This document shows, piece after piece, positions 11,634 to 21,400 of a DNA stretch of 64,000 nt. Source of the DNA: an uncultured Planctomycetota bacterium (lineage in GTDB: Bacteria; Planctomycetota; Planctomycetia; Isosphaerales; Isosphaeraceae); contig CAWGMQ010000004.1 of the NCBI GenBank assembly GCA_963823665.1, positions 32,001 through 96,000 on the forward strand, read 5' to 3'. Both the position numbers and the translations under genes were made by a program. Below the pieces are notes generated by a model that was given only the letters and a program-made list of their open reading frames with translations, did not search any database and had not been told where the DNA came from. How positions within the stretch are numbered: the stretch's first letter is position 1; each line of letters begins with the position of its first letter.

Positions 11634-12910
11634 AACGGATGATTGCGGTCCCGCGGTGCGCTGCGCGAGCCTGGGCTTTGTTGTGTACCGGCCTTGGCGT
11701 GAATCGCCGGCAAGCGCTGCTCGTCGTGATCCTCGCGACCGTCGTTTCCGTCGGGACGGCCGAGGAACCACCGCCGAGCGCCCCTTACATGCTCACGTTC
11801 TCGCCGGACGGCCAGCGGCTGGCCGTCGCTACGGGCAAGCCGGATTCGAAAGTCGCCCTGACCGTCTGGGACACAGCCACGCTCCACCGCCTCTGGGAAG
11901 TACGCGACCGTCAGGGCATTGCCGCCGTCGCCTTCGCGCCGGATGGCCAGACGCTTGCCATCGGCCGCTTGAGCGAGGAGGCCAAAGTCTATGACAGCGT
12001 CGCGGGGAAGCTCCGCGCGACCTACGGCGGTCACGGCACGGTCGCGCGCGCCGTCGGCTTTGCGCCGGACGGCAAGCTGCTGGCCGTCGGCAGCTACGAA
12101 GGGTTCATCAAGTTGTGGGATTGGGCACGTGGGACCGAAGTGCGCACGTTGACCGGCCCTAAAGGCCGCATCTACGAGGTGGTGTTCTCGCCCGACGGCA
12201 CGCGGCTGCTCTCTGTCGGGGGCAACACCGCCCGCCTGTGGAACGTGGGCGCGGGCCAGGAGCAGCATCTCCTGCCCCACGCTTCCCTGGTCCGCTCCGG
12301 CCTCTTCGCGCCCGACGGCCGGACCGTGGTCACCGGCGGCGGGGACGCAACCGTGCGCTCGTGGGACGTCAAGACCGGAACGCCGCGCTGGAAGCTGGAG
12401 CGCTACGGCAACGTGAATACGCTGGCGTATTCTCCGTCGCGGGACGTGCTCGCCATCAGCGGAAGTGGTCGTCGGATCGAGCTGGTCTCGCCGGTGTTCC
12501 GGGAGTGTGACGAGTCCCAGCGGCGACGCCTCGATGTGTTGCTCGCCCATCTCGACGACGATTCATATGCGGTGCGCGACGCAGCATCACGCGAGATCCT
12601 CAAGATGGGTCTGATGGCCGAACCGTCGCTCCGCCGTCTGACGACCGAGTCGAAGTCGGCTGAGGTCCGCCTGCGCTGCCGGCATCTGCGGCAACAGGTC
12701 CTCACGACCCCACAGACCGAGCTATCCGGGCACGGAGACGAGGTCGAGTCCGTCGCGTTTGCGCCGGACGGCAACCTGCTCGCCAGCGTCGACCGCACCG
12801 GCACGGTCCGCCTCTGGGAGATCGCCACGCGCCGCATCCGCGGGCATTTCGTGCCTTCCGAAACCACCGGCCATTTCGACGACAATTCCCCACGCGGCAC
12901 CCTCCAGTGA
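11630..12910 (+). CDS. Secreted WD40-repeat protein with a HEAT-like insert
   Basis: ATGA overlap with the upstream stop, preceded by GGAGG. N-terminal hydrophobic signal, FSPDG/FAPDG WD repeats, and a 'LDDDSYAVRDAASREI' helical insert. Confidence 0.88.
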   Translation: MKRMIAVPRCAARAWALLCTGLGVNRRQALLVVILATVVSVGTAEEPPPSAPYMLTFSPDGQRLAVATGKPDSKVALTVWDTATLHRLWEVRDRQGIAAVAFAPDGQTLAIGRLSEEAKVYDSVAGKLRATYGGHGTVARAVGFAPDGKLLAVGSYEGFIKLWDWARGTEVRTLTGPKGRIYEVVFSPDGTRLLSVGGNTARLWNVGAGQEQHLLPHASLVRSGLFAPDGRTVVTGGGDATVRSWDVKTGTPRWKLERYGNVNTLAYSPSRDVLAISGSGRRIELVSPVFRECDESQRRRLDVLLAHLDDDSYAVRDAASREILKMGLMAEPSLRRLTTESKSAEVRLRCRHLRQQVLTTPQTELSGHGDEVESVAFAPDGNLLASVDRTGTVRLWEIATRRIRGHFVPSETTGHFDDNSPRGTLQ

Positions 12911-12924
12911 TCCGCTCGAAGCAC

Positions 12925-13443
12925 CACATAATCTCTCGTCTCCTCGGTCCCGTCCCAGCCACCGGTATACTTCCTGAGCCACTTCGTTTTGTAGTCAAGG
13001 ACGAGCGACCCGTCCTTCGCCTTCTCTTTCCGAGGCCAGCGTGAATAGACGTAAACCTGGATGTCAGGACTGCGCCTCAGAGCCAGGTCGATGAAGTTCC
13101 CAGCCATTGTCAGATCACCATCCTTTCCGTCGAGGTGGCGATCAAACGGCTGCAAGCTCAGCACCTCCCAGGAGTGCTCGGACAATGCCCTGGGATAAAG
13201 CCCGAACGGCTCCTCCTGAAAACCGTCCCTTGGATGCTCCCAGAGCCATGACAACGGCGCACCGGGGATCATGTCCCGCCCCCACGTCAGAGTGCGTCCC
13301 CGGCTCTTGGCGAGCTTGCCAAGGCTCCCGTACCGAATCGTGTCGGTCACGCTATTACCAACAAAGTAAGCCCGCAGGGGGCTGTCGTCGCCGTGCGCCA
13401 TCCCGGAGAGGAACAACATCGGGGCAATCACTGATGCGAACAA
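12925..13443 (-). pseudogene. 3'-truncated exported SGNH-like protein
   Basis: Signal peptide, 'YFVGNSVT' (GNS motif), 'IPGAPL.WLW' and 'WEVLSLQPF'. Coherent sequence ends near 'EETRDY', after which the ORF runs antisense into the WD40 gene without its own stop. Confidence 0.6.
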
Positions 13444-13627
13444 ACGCCGCTTCGGTAAATGTACATATATGTTCGTTTATCCGAATGACCCACTCACGGT
13501 CGTCATTGCACCTCGTTGCCTTCTCAAGACTTCCCGACTGATCACTCATTATCTCAGCTTCGCGCACCGATTGAAGCCCGAGCATAATCGCAGGACAATC
13601 GATAGCGTTCAGTGATGAGGCATTGTA

Positions 13628-14041
13628 GTGGCAGCATGGCGACGAAGAGCGTTGGCGTTGTTTCCTGAACTGCGGGGCGAGATTAACCCAGCCCGCGGGA
13701 GTCGGTTCAACCGTTACAACTATTACCTGCTCTTCTTCGACCTCTTCGCCATGTTTCGTGAAGCGTTGGACGCATCAGACGAGCGAACCCTTGGCAGGAT
13801 TCTCGACTTCGCCCAGTGGTGCTTTTGCCAGCATAGGAGGGCACCGGACTTGAACAATGCCGTGTGCGTTGCCTTCTACGAGCACGTCTTCGACGTTGCC
13901 CACCGAGACTGGCCCGATGTAGCACGTTGGCTCTCGCCCTCCGTTATCCGGGCATGCTGGACATTATGGGAAGCACGACACGACAAGGACGAATTCCAGA
14001 AACTCCGTGTGCTGCTCACTCCCCCGAGCGAGATGCCTTGA
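13628..14041 (+). CDS. Small alpha-helical hypothetical protein (DUF7674-like)
   Basis: GTG start after GAGG. 'WRRRALALFPEL...IL.FA.WC...DLNNAV.VAFYEH' pattern. Confidence 0.65.
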   Translation: MAAWRRRALALFPELRGEINPARGSRFNRYNYYLLFFDLFAMFREALDASDERTLGRILDFAQWCFCQHRRAPDLNNAVCVAFYEHVFDVAHRDWPDVARWLSPSVIRACWTLWEARHDKDEFQKLRVLLTPPSEMP

Positions 14042-14274
14042 CCCTCGTCCGGTGGCATTGGCGTATCGATTTGGATTCCACGCCGCGTTTCAGTAAACCC
14101 CAAGAAAGACAAATCAAAGCGATAGCAAGGCCAGCACGCAGAGCCAAGCGCCCAAGAGGCCAAACGGCGATCAGTACCCGAGACGGTCGTACTCCTTCCC
14201 CGCTCCGCCAGCGGTGCGTTAAAATGGAATAACCACGCACAGACCCTGGACAACCTCTGAGCGACAGGCAGCCA

Positions 14275-14643
14275 ATGGACATACCGAGTGCATTGGTCGG
14301 GCTCTTCGGAGCCGTCTTGATCCTATGCTGGCTATTCTCGGAGCGGCGACCCAGTCGTGCTCTTATCCGAATTGGGCTCGGACTCGCGGGTATGCTGCTG
14401 GTCACATTCGCCGCGAGCCACGCACACATGCCGGACGTTTATTTACAGGGACAACTGTTGACGGCAATCAGACGTGAGCTCAGCTCGGGCGACTCACCTC
14501 GGGCGCTTCGGGCGATTGAAGAATATGAACGCGTCTATGAAGCTACACACGACCATGCGCACGCCGCCGTTGCTGGTGCTGAAATGCTACACGCGACGGC
14601 CGGGCATGCCCGCGCTCCAGAGAGTCTACCTGCGACTCCATAG
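14275..14643 (+). CDS. Small membrane hypothetical protein (2 TM)
   Basis: Two N-terminal hydrophobic helices followed by a short soluble helical region. Confidence 0.55.
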   Translation: MDIPSALVGLFGAVLILCWLFSERRPSRALIRIGLGLAGMLLVTFAASHAHMPDVYLQGQLLTAIRRELSSGDSPRALRAIEEYERVYEATHDHAHAAVAGAEMLHATAGHARAPESLPATP

Positions 14644-14780
14644 TCAAGCTTGGTTCCTGCCAACCGTTCGGGGCACATCAGATTTCCCGGAGTTCCGGAG
14701 ACGAATCGCCGAACGAATCGGCTAACCCGGAAGGTCAACTATCCGGGCGTATCGGCGTCCTCATCCGCGACGATCGATTC

Positions 14781-15974
14781 TCAACGACTCACCTTCGCCA
14801 AAGGTCTAGAGGCGGCCCACGCGCGATGCGCCGCAGGCAACCCCAAGCGCCGGCCGGGTCGCACCCGCGGCCGTTCCTGCCACACCAGATTGAAAAACTC
14901 GGGCTCGCTGATGATCGAGATCGGCACGCCACGGCGGATGAGCTTCTCCGCGGCCAAAAGCTTCGAGCTCTTGTGCCGCATCACGAAGTCGTGAGACCGC
15001 CTGCCCTGCACGATCACACTCACCCGGCTTGTGACCTGATCCGAGATGGACGCCCCCGCCTGCCTCACCAGCACTTCGGCGTCAAAGCGCCGGATCGAGA
15101 GCGGTCCCGTGAAGACAACCGTCTTGCCTTCAAGGCTTTTCAATGGCTGTGCGTCGCGATACTCGTGCCCTTGCAACGCTCGGATCATCTCAATTGCCGT
15201 CGCGAAACGGGTGCGTCGCGTGCAGATCGCCTTGGCCACGATCGCCTGCAGATCTTCGTTGCAGGGCAGCTTGCTCGCGTCCTTGGACGTGATCAAACTC
15301 TCGGCATCGCCGCGAATCAGCATCGCCAGCAACTGCCCCATCTGAAAGACGTCGTCGGAAGGCAGCCAGTATCGCCGCTCTCCCTCGGCCATCCTTTTCG
15401 ATACGAAGAAAGGAGTGAAATGCGACGCGGCCACCATCTTGCCTGCCAGCACATGACGAGCCAGCCCGAAATCGCCGAGCTTGAGCTTGGCGTTCTTGCA
15501 CACAAATACGTTCGTCGGCGTGATGTCCCGATGCAGAGCCCCGGTTCCATGCAACTGGTCCAGAAGCTTCAGCAGCGCCACGATCTCCCGCCGGGCGCGG
15601 TCCGGCGACCATCCCCGCTTGGTCTGGGCGAGATGGTCGCGAATCGTCCCGTGCTCGGCGTATTCTGATACCAGACAGTAAAGCACCCCATGCCGCCTCG
15701 TCGGCGGGAACAACGGAAACGAGTCGTGCACCTGAATCGCTCGCTCGCAACGGTTCAGCAGCTCGCCAAAATAAGCTTCGCGGTGCCAGCTTTCCGGGTC
15801 GGTGGTTGTTTTCAGGCAATAATCGCCGATTTTACGGTCGAGCGAGTCAAGTCGCTGCACGCGATAGGCGCAACCGTATCCACCCTGCCCGATCGCATTT
15901 GCAATCAGATACCGCCGGCCGGTGGCAGGGCTGTCAATGACGGTTCCGGCCTTCAGTTTTCTCATGCGTTGCAT
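14781..15974 (-). CDS. Ser/Thr protein kinase with a C-terminal BRCT domain
   Basis: GQGGYG, CLK, HRDITPTN, DFG and DDVFQMG kinase motifs. The C-terminal 'LEGKTVVFTGPLS.RR..AE.LVRQAGA.....VTS...VIVQG...K...AEKL...I.IISE.EF' is a classic ligase/RFC-type BRCT. Confidence 0.88.
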   Translation of the reverse strand: MQRMRKLKAGTVIDSPATGRRYLIANAIGQGGYGCAYRVQRLDSLDRKIGDYCLKTTTDPESWHREAYFGELLNRCERAIQVHDSFPLFPPTRRHGVLYCLVSEYAEHGTIRDHLAQTKRGWSPDRARREIVALLKLLDQLHGTGALHRDITPTNVFVCKNAKLKLGDFGLARHVLAGKMVAASHFTPFFVSKRMAEGERRYWLPSDDVFQMGQLLAMLIRGDAESLITSKDASKLPCNEDLQAIVAKAICTRRTRFATAIEMIRALQGHEYRDAQPLKSLEGKTVVFTGPLSIRRFDAEVLVRQAGASISDQVTSRVSVIVQGRRSHDFVMRHKSSKLLAAEKLIRRGVPISIISEPEFFNLVWQERPRVRPGRRLGLPAAHRAWAASRPLAKVSR

Positions 15975-16159
15975 GACAGGAGAGCCTGGTCCGATTGCCT
16001 GAAGGCGAACCGCCGTCGAGACCACACGATCCCGGTGTAATAGAGCGGAGTAGCTGCCTGGATCCCGTTGTCGAACACAGCGGACACATCCCTCGTCCGC
16101 ATTGCTACGCAATCATACGACGGCCGGCGCACAATCTCCAACATCTTGGCGAGAAAATC

Positions 16160-16215
16160 AGCTCGGTAGCCTGCCGCGGCGTTTTGCCCGGCATAAACCT
16201 CAGATTTACCGAGCT
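16160..16215. other. Stem-loop between the Uma2 gene and the kinase-BRCT gene
   Basis: AGCTCGGTA (16160-16168) pairs with TACCGAGCT (16207-16215), with an inner TGCCG/CGGCA stem. Confidence 0.35.
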
Positions 16216-16250
16216 AACTGCACGCATGCACGCGCATACCGGTGGCCTCG

Positions 16251-16817
16251 TCAGCCGGGTTGACCGGCCCTGTCGAATAGGTCCCGCAGGGGCAGGCGCA
16301 AGCCCGGCAGAACGTCGTCGCCATCCAGTTCATCGCCGGGCGTCAGTACGCGGATCTGCGACGTCGATGTGTACACGTAGATCTTCATCTGGGCGGGATA
16401 AACCACCCAAACGAGTCTCACTCCGGCCTGGTAATATTCCTCCAGCTTCCCGGCGACCTCATCGGCAGTGTTAGTCAGGCTGATGATCTCCACGGCGAGA
16501 TCCGGCACGACCGCCCAGGACCTTGCTCGAGGGATTCGACGATCTCGCCCCCAGCGCTCGAACGACACGAAGGCCACATCAGGCCGGCGCTCCCGATCGA
16601 CGCCTGGCCGCAGGTCGAAAATCATTTCGATGACGGCGCGGCCGATCGAGTTCTCCTCCACATACCGGTCGAGTCGCCCGTACATCACGGCTGCGAGCCA
16701 GTTCTCATAAGCACCCATCGGCTTCTCCACGATGCGGCCTTCAACGACCTCGTACAGGCCATCCGGCTCGGTCAGGTCCGACAGGACTTCGAGCTGCTCA
16801 GGTGTGACCGCAGCCAT
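16251..16817 (-). CDS. Uma2 family (PD-(D/E)XK) putative endonuclease
   Basis: 'YEVVEGRIVEKPM', 'RRPDVAFVS', 'VPDLAVEIIS', 'KLEEYYQAGVRLVWVVYP', 'DVLPGLRLPL'. Confidence 0.93.
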   Translation of the reverse strand: MAAVTPEQLEVLSDLTEPDGLYEVVEGRIVEKPMGAYENWLAAVMYGRLDRYVEENSIGRAVIEMIFDLRPGVDRERRPDVAFVSFERWGRDRRIPRARSWAVVPDLAVEIISLTNTADEVAGKLEEYYQAGVRLVWVVYPAQMKIYVYTSTSQIRVLTPGDELDGDDVLPGLRLPLRDLFDRAGQPG

Positions 16818-17055
16818 GGTCTTTCTCCACATACGGGGGATCGGATCTGTCACGCGAAAGATTGTACCACTTACACGGAATCACTATGCGGATCTGCCCG
16901 CGAAATGATCGCATACGAGGCCACCGCTTGTTATCTTGGTTGAACAAACCCGGGCCTCTGGCATCGGATCACACCTTCCGACGACCCGTTCTCTGTGCCG
17001 CGCGAGCGGCCACTCGGACCGGCCGTGAACGTCTCGACACCCAAGAGAGCATCTC

Positions 17056-18423
17056 GTGCCCTCCACAACCCGGTCAAAATCGGCATCGCGCACCCGGCGG
17101 AGGAAGGCGCTGCTGGTCTGGGTGTGGATCATCGGTTTTTGCCTGGCTGCCCTGGGCGCGACGTATGTGATGTTCGTCGAGCCGCCGCCGCCGCGCAAAT
17201 TCGTCATCGCCAGCGGCGCCCGCAACGGCGCTTACTTCCACCACGCCGAGCAATACGCCGCAGAGCTCCAGAAGGACCACATCACGGTCGAGGTCCGCGA
17301 GACCGCGGGCTCGGTAGAAAATCTCCGCCTGCTCGGGGAGGAAGGGTCGGGCGTGGCGGCAGCGATTGTCCAGAGCGGCGTGGCCGGCCCCGACGAAATC
17401 AAGCACTTTTACGCCCTCGGCAGCTTGTACCGCGAGCCCTTGTGGGTTTTCTACCGGGGCCAGGAAAAGCTCGATCGTCTCAGCCAGCTCGCGGGCAAGC
17501 GCATCGGCCTCGGTCCGGTGGGCAGCGGAACCTATGCGATCGCGGTGCGGCTGCTCGCGGAAAACGGCGTCCTCGAATCCGTCGGATCCCAGGGCGCTGG
17601 AACGGCCGTCTTGGCCCAAGAAAGTGTTGCCGCGGCCGCCACGGCCTTGCAGAAAGGTGACCTCGATGCGGCCTTCTTCGTGGCCGCGTTCGACGCCGAG
17701 TACATCCAGGGGCTGATCGCCGATAAGGGATTGAAGCTGCTCAGCTTCGATCAGCACGAGGCCTATCATCGCCGGTTCCGATTCCTGGCGCCGGTCACTG
17801 TGCCCGCGGGCCTGGCAAACCTTGGCCAGAACATTCCAGACCATGACGTCGCGCTCGTGGCGCCAACGGCGATGCTCGTCGTCCGCAAGGATTTCCACCC
17901 CGCGCTCGTCCCGCTCTTGCTGGCCACGGCGACGCACATTCACCGCAGAGGCGATGAGCTTTCCGACCCCGGCGAGTTCCCTTCGGAATCGTATTGCGAC
18001 TTCCCGCTGAGTGACGACGCCAAGCGTTTCTTCACGTCCGGCCAGCCCGTCCTCCAGCGGCTCCTCCCATTTTGGCTGGCGTCCCTGGTAGATCGGGCCA
18101 AGGTGATGCTGATCCCGCTGGTCATGCTGTTGATGCCCCTGGTGCGGGCCGCTCCGCCCCTCTTGCGCTGGCGAACCCGGCGCAAGATCTACCTCTGGTA
18201 TTCCGACCTGCGAGATATCGACCAGCGGCTCGTCAGCGGCATCTCGAGCGCCGATCTTGACCAGGAGCTCGCGCGCTTGAACGAGATCGAGCACCAGGTG
18301 GCCTATGTGGATGTCCCTCTCTCCTACATGGAAGAGTTTTACCACCTGCGCACGCACCTCGATATGCTCCAGCAACACCTGGTTGAATTCCGCGAGCGAA
18401 ATGAAGCCACCGCGAAGCCCTGA
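17056..18423 (+). CDS. TAXI-family TRAP solute-binding protein, membrane-anchored form with a C-terminal extension
   Basis: 'IASGARNGAY', 'ETAGSVENL', 'SLYREPLWVFYR', 'GPVGSGT', then 'LQRLLPFWLA' with a TM helix and a helical tail. Confidence 0.9.
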   Translation: MPSTTRSKSASRTRRRKALLVWVWIIGFCLAALGATYVMFVEPPPPRKFVIASGARNGAYFHHAEQYAAELQKDHITVEVRETAGSVENLRLLGEEGSGVAAAIVQSGVAGPDEIKHFYALGSLYREPLWVFYRGQEKLDRLSQLAGKRIGLGPVGSGTYAIAVRLLAENGVLESVGSQGAGTAVLAQESVAAAATALQKGDLDAAFFVAAFDAEYIQGLIADKGLKLLSFDQHEAYHRRFRFLAPVTVPAGLANLGQNIPDHDVALVAPTAMLVVRKDFHPALVPLLLATATHIHRRGDELSDPGEFPSESYCDFPLSDDAKRFFTSGQPVLQRLLPFWLASLVDRAKVMLIPLVMLLMPLVRAAPPLLRWRTRRKIYLWYSDLRDIDQRLVSGISSADLDQELARLNEIEHQVAYVDVPLSYMEEFYHLRTHLDMLQQHLVEFRERNEATAKP

Positions 18424-18453
18424 GGAGTGCATTCGCGTGGGGGGGCACCGCAG

Positions 18454-21400
18454 TTACTTGGGCGCGTTCCCGGAACCGGCGATCGGAGGCGGCCCTCCCT
18501 GCTCCTCGAGCTGCTGCCCGCGACGGCGTAATGCCTCGGGTCCGAGAGCATTGACCACTCCCTGGCTGTCGAGCTCCAGTCCGGCCAGTGATTCAGCCCA
18601 GAGCCGGATCGTCTCCACAGTCCCTGGAATCGGCTCCGGCACATTCCAGACAACGAACCTACCCCCCAACCCGCTGACGGCCAGGGTCCGGCCGTCTGCG
18701 GAGGTCGCGACCTGGTTCGCTCCGTCCAGGATCACCGAAGCGCCGATCGCCTTGCCGGTGGCCACGTCCCACAACCGGGCGACGCGGTCGGGCCCGCTGA
18801 TCAGGATGCTCCTTCCATCGGGGCTCAGGGCCACGTGGCGAATTCCGCCTTCGGGATGGAACGGTGGCGGACCCGTCACTTGGCCGGTGGAGATGTTCCA
18901 TACATGGGCAAAGCCGTCGATCAGCAGGAGGATGCTTTTCCCATCGGGGAAGAAGCCGGCCGGGGCCACTTGCGGTCCGCGCACCGGCTCCCCGAGCGGC
19001 CGCCGGGTGGCGCTTGCCCATAGCCGTGCCCCGTCATTATCACTGGTCACGAACGTCTGACCGTCGGGGCTGAAGGCCGCGCAGTGGGCGCCCGAGACGT
19101 GCGGCAACGGATCGCCCACGACCTTGCCGGTGATCGTGTCCCACACCAGCGCCTTGCTACCGCTGCGCTCGACGCCCGGGACGTACCCGACGCCGATCAG
19201 GGCGGTCCGGTCGTCCGGGGAGAGCGCGGCGGAACTGATCCAGCCCACGCAGCGAAGCTCATGCCGCGGACGCCGGCGATCGGCACGGTCCCAGAGCCGG
19301 ACGAGCCCGCCGTTGTCGCCGGTCAAGTACATCTGGCCGTCATGGCTGATCGCCGAGACCGTGACTCGGTCATCGTGAGACATCACCGGCTCGAGCAAGC
19401 GGCGGGTGGAAAGGTCCCAGAGCCGGGCCGTCCGGTCGTCCGCTCCGGTCAAGGCGGTCTCGCCATCCGGGCTGAGGGCCAGTGCCGTGAGCTCGCCGCC
19501 GGTCTGGAACAGCCACTGCGCGAACGAACGCTCACGAGCGATGCCCCAGAGTCGCGCGGCCGCATAACCATCGCCGCCGGCGGAGCCGGTCAGTGCAGTT
19601 GCCCCATCGCGGCTGAAGGCAACGGACCGGACATTACCCTCGTGTACCAGTGGCAGTCCGATCCGGGTGCCGGTTGCAACGACGAAAAAGCGTGCACGCG
19701 TGTCTTCGCAGCCCGTGAGCAGAATCCGCCCGCCAGGGCCGAAAGCCAGGGACCAGACGGGGCCTGGATGCAACAAAGCGTCACCGAGCGGCGTTCCGGT
19801 TGCGGCCGACCAGAGCCGGACCTCGCCGCCGCGGATGCGACGGTCACCCGTCTGCCGGTCGACGTCTTCGACCACTCCGGCGGTGGCCACGATCGCGCCG
19901 TCGGGGCTGAAGGCGACGGCCTTGACCCGCCCGCCGCAAAGCAGATCAGGGTCTCGGCGCCGGCCGGTGGGAACCTCCCACATCCGTGCGCCGCCGTCCA
20001 GACATCCGGTCGCAAAGGTCCGGCCGTCCGGACTGAAGGCCAGCGCCAGCACGGGGCCCGGGGCGGCGAGTACATCGGTTCGCGGCTCTCCCGTTGCGGC
20101 ATCCCAGAGACGGGCCGTCCCATCCGCGGCTCCCGTCGCGATCAGCCGGCCGTCCGGGCTGAACTCCGCGCTCAGCTTCGGGCTGGCACGCGCGTTGAAT
20201 CGCTCCGGCGGGGGATGCCGCAACACTACGCCTTTAAACTTACCGTCGGCAGTTCGAAAAAGCCGTGCCTCAGCGCCCGAGACTGTCAGGAAAGTCTGCC
20301 CATCAGGGCTGAACGACACGTCGGTCACCTCGGCGCGATGCGGCAGTGGGGGCAAGAGCGCGGCGCCGGTCGCGGCGTCCCAGAGTCGGGCTTCGCCGGC
20401 AGATTTCTCGTCGTCTCCACTGCCGGTGAGGATTCGCCGCCCGTCCGGGCTAAAGGCGACGTCCCAGACGTAATACGCATGCACGAGCGGCTCGCCGAGC
20501 GGTTTGCCGGTCGCCGCATCCCAGCGCTGTGCCATGCGATCCTTGCCGCCGGTCAAGGCGGTGCGGCCGTCCGGGCTGAGTGCGACGACCCAGGCCCAGC
20601 TCTTGTGTGCGAACGCTGCCCGCGGTCGCACGAGATGGGCTTGCCACGCGGTCAGGTTGCGCCGGGCAACCTGCTCGAGGCCGGTGTCACCGGCACGAAC
20701 GGCCATCTCGAGCGAACGCGTGAGCCAGAGCAGGCCGCGGGCCGTTTCACCCGTCTCGCAAAGCATGGCGCCCTGGTCGAGGGCGATGCCCGCGGAGAGC
20801 CGCTCGACCTTGCTTAAAGCCTCCTCGGCCCGGCGGCCTTCTTCCTCCGCGTACTGCCGCGCAGTCGTTGCGGCAACGGCTTTCGATTCGGCCCGGCGCC
20901 ACTGCCAGGCGACCAGCCCAACGCCCAGGGCCGTTACCAGCACGACCGTCGCCAGCAGAGCGGCAACCATCGGCCGCCGCCGTGCCCATTTGAATGCCCG
21001 TTCCCACACACGTGCGGGACGGGCCAGAATGGGCTCACCCGAGAGGAAACGGTGCAGGTCTTCGCCCAGCGCGACCGCCGTGGCATATCGCCGGCCCGAG
21101 GACTTCTCCATGCACTTCAGGCAGATCGTCTCGATGTCGCGAGGAACCCCGGGCTGGAATCGCGAAGGCGGGACCGGCTCGGCCGACTTCACCTGCGACA
21201 TCGTCTCGAGCGCAGTCGCCGCCTTGAACGGTGGGCGGCCAGCCAGCAGCACGTAAAGAATCGCCCCCAGCGCGTAAACGTCGGTCGCTGCCCCGACCTG
21301 GTCCGAGAGTCCTTCAGCCTGCTCGGGTGCCATGAAGCTCGGCGAGCCCAGGATCGCCTGCGTCCGCGTCAGACCCGCCTCCCGCTCGAGGTTCTTGGCC

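Noticed and set aside
12403..12924. C-terminal half of the 346-aa minus-strand ORF
   Set aside because: Antisense read-through into the WD40 gene after truncation.
13500..14760. Integron cassette array
   Set aside because: Small orphan genes are present, but I found no convincing attC sites or integrase.
17074..20817. Long opposite-strand ORFs 17074-18432 and 19084-20817
   Set aside because: Shadows of the TAXI and kinase-WD40 genes.
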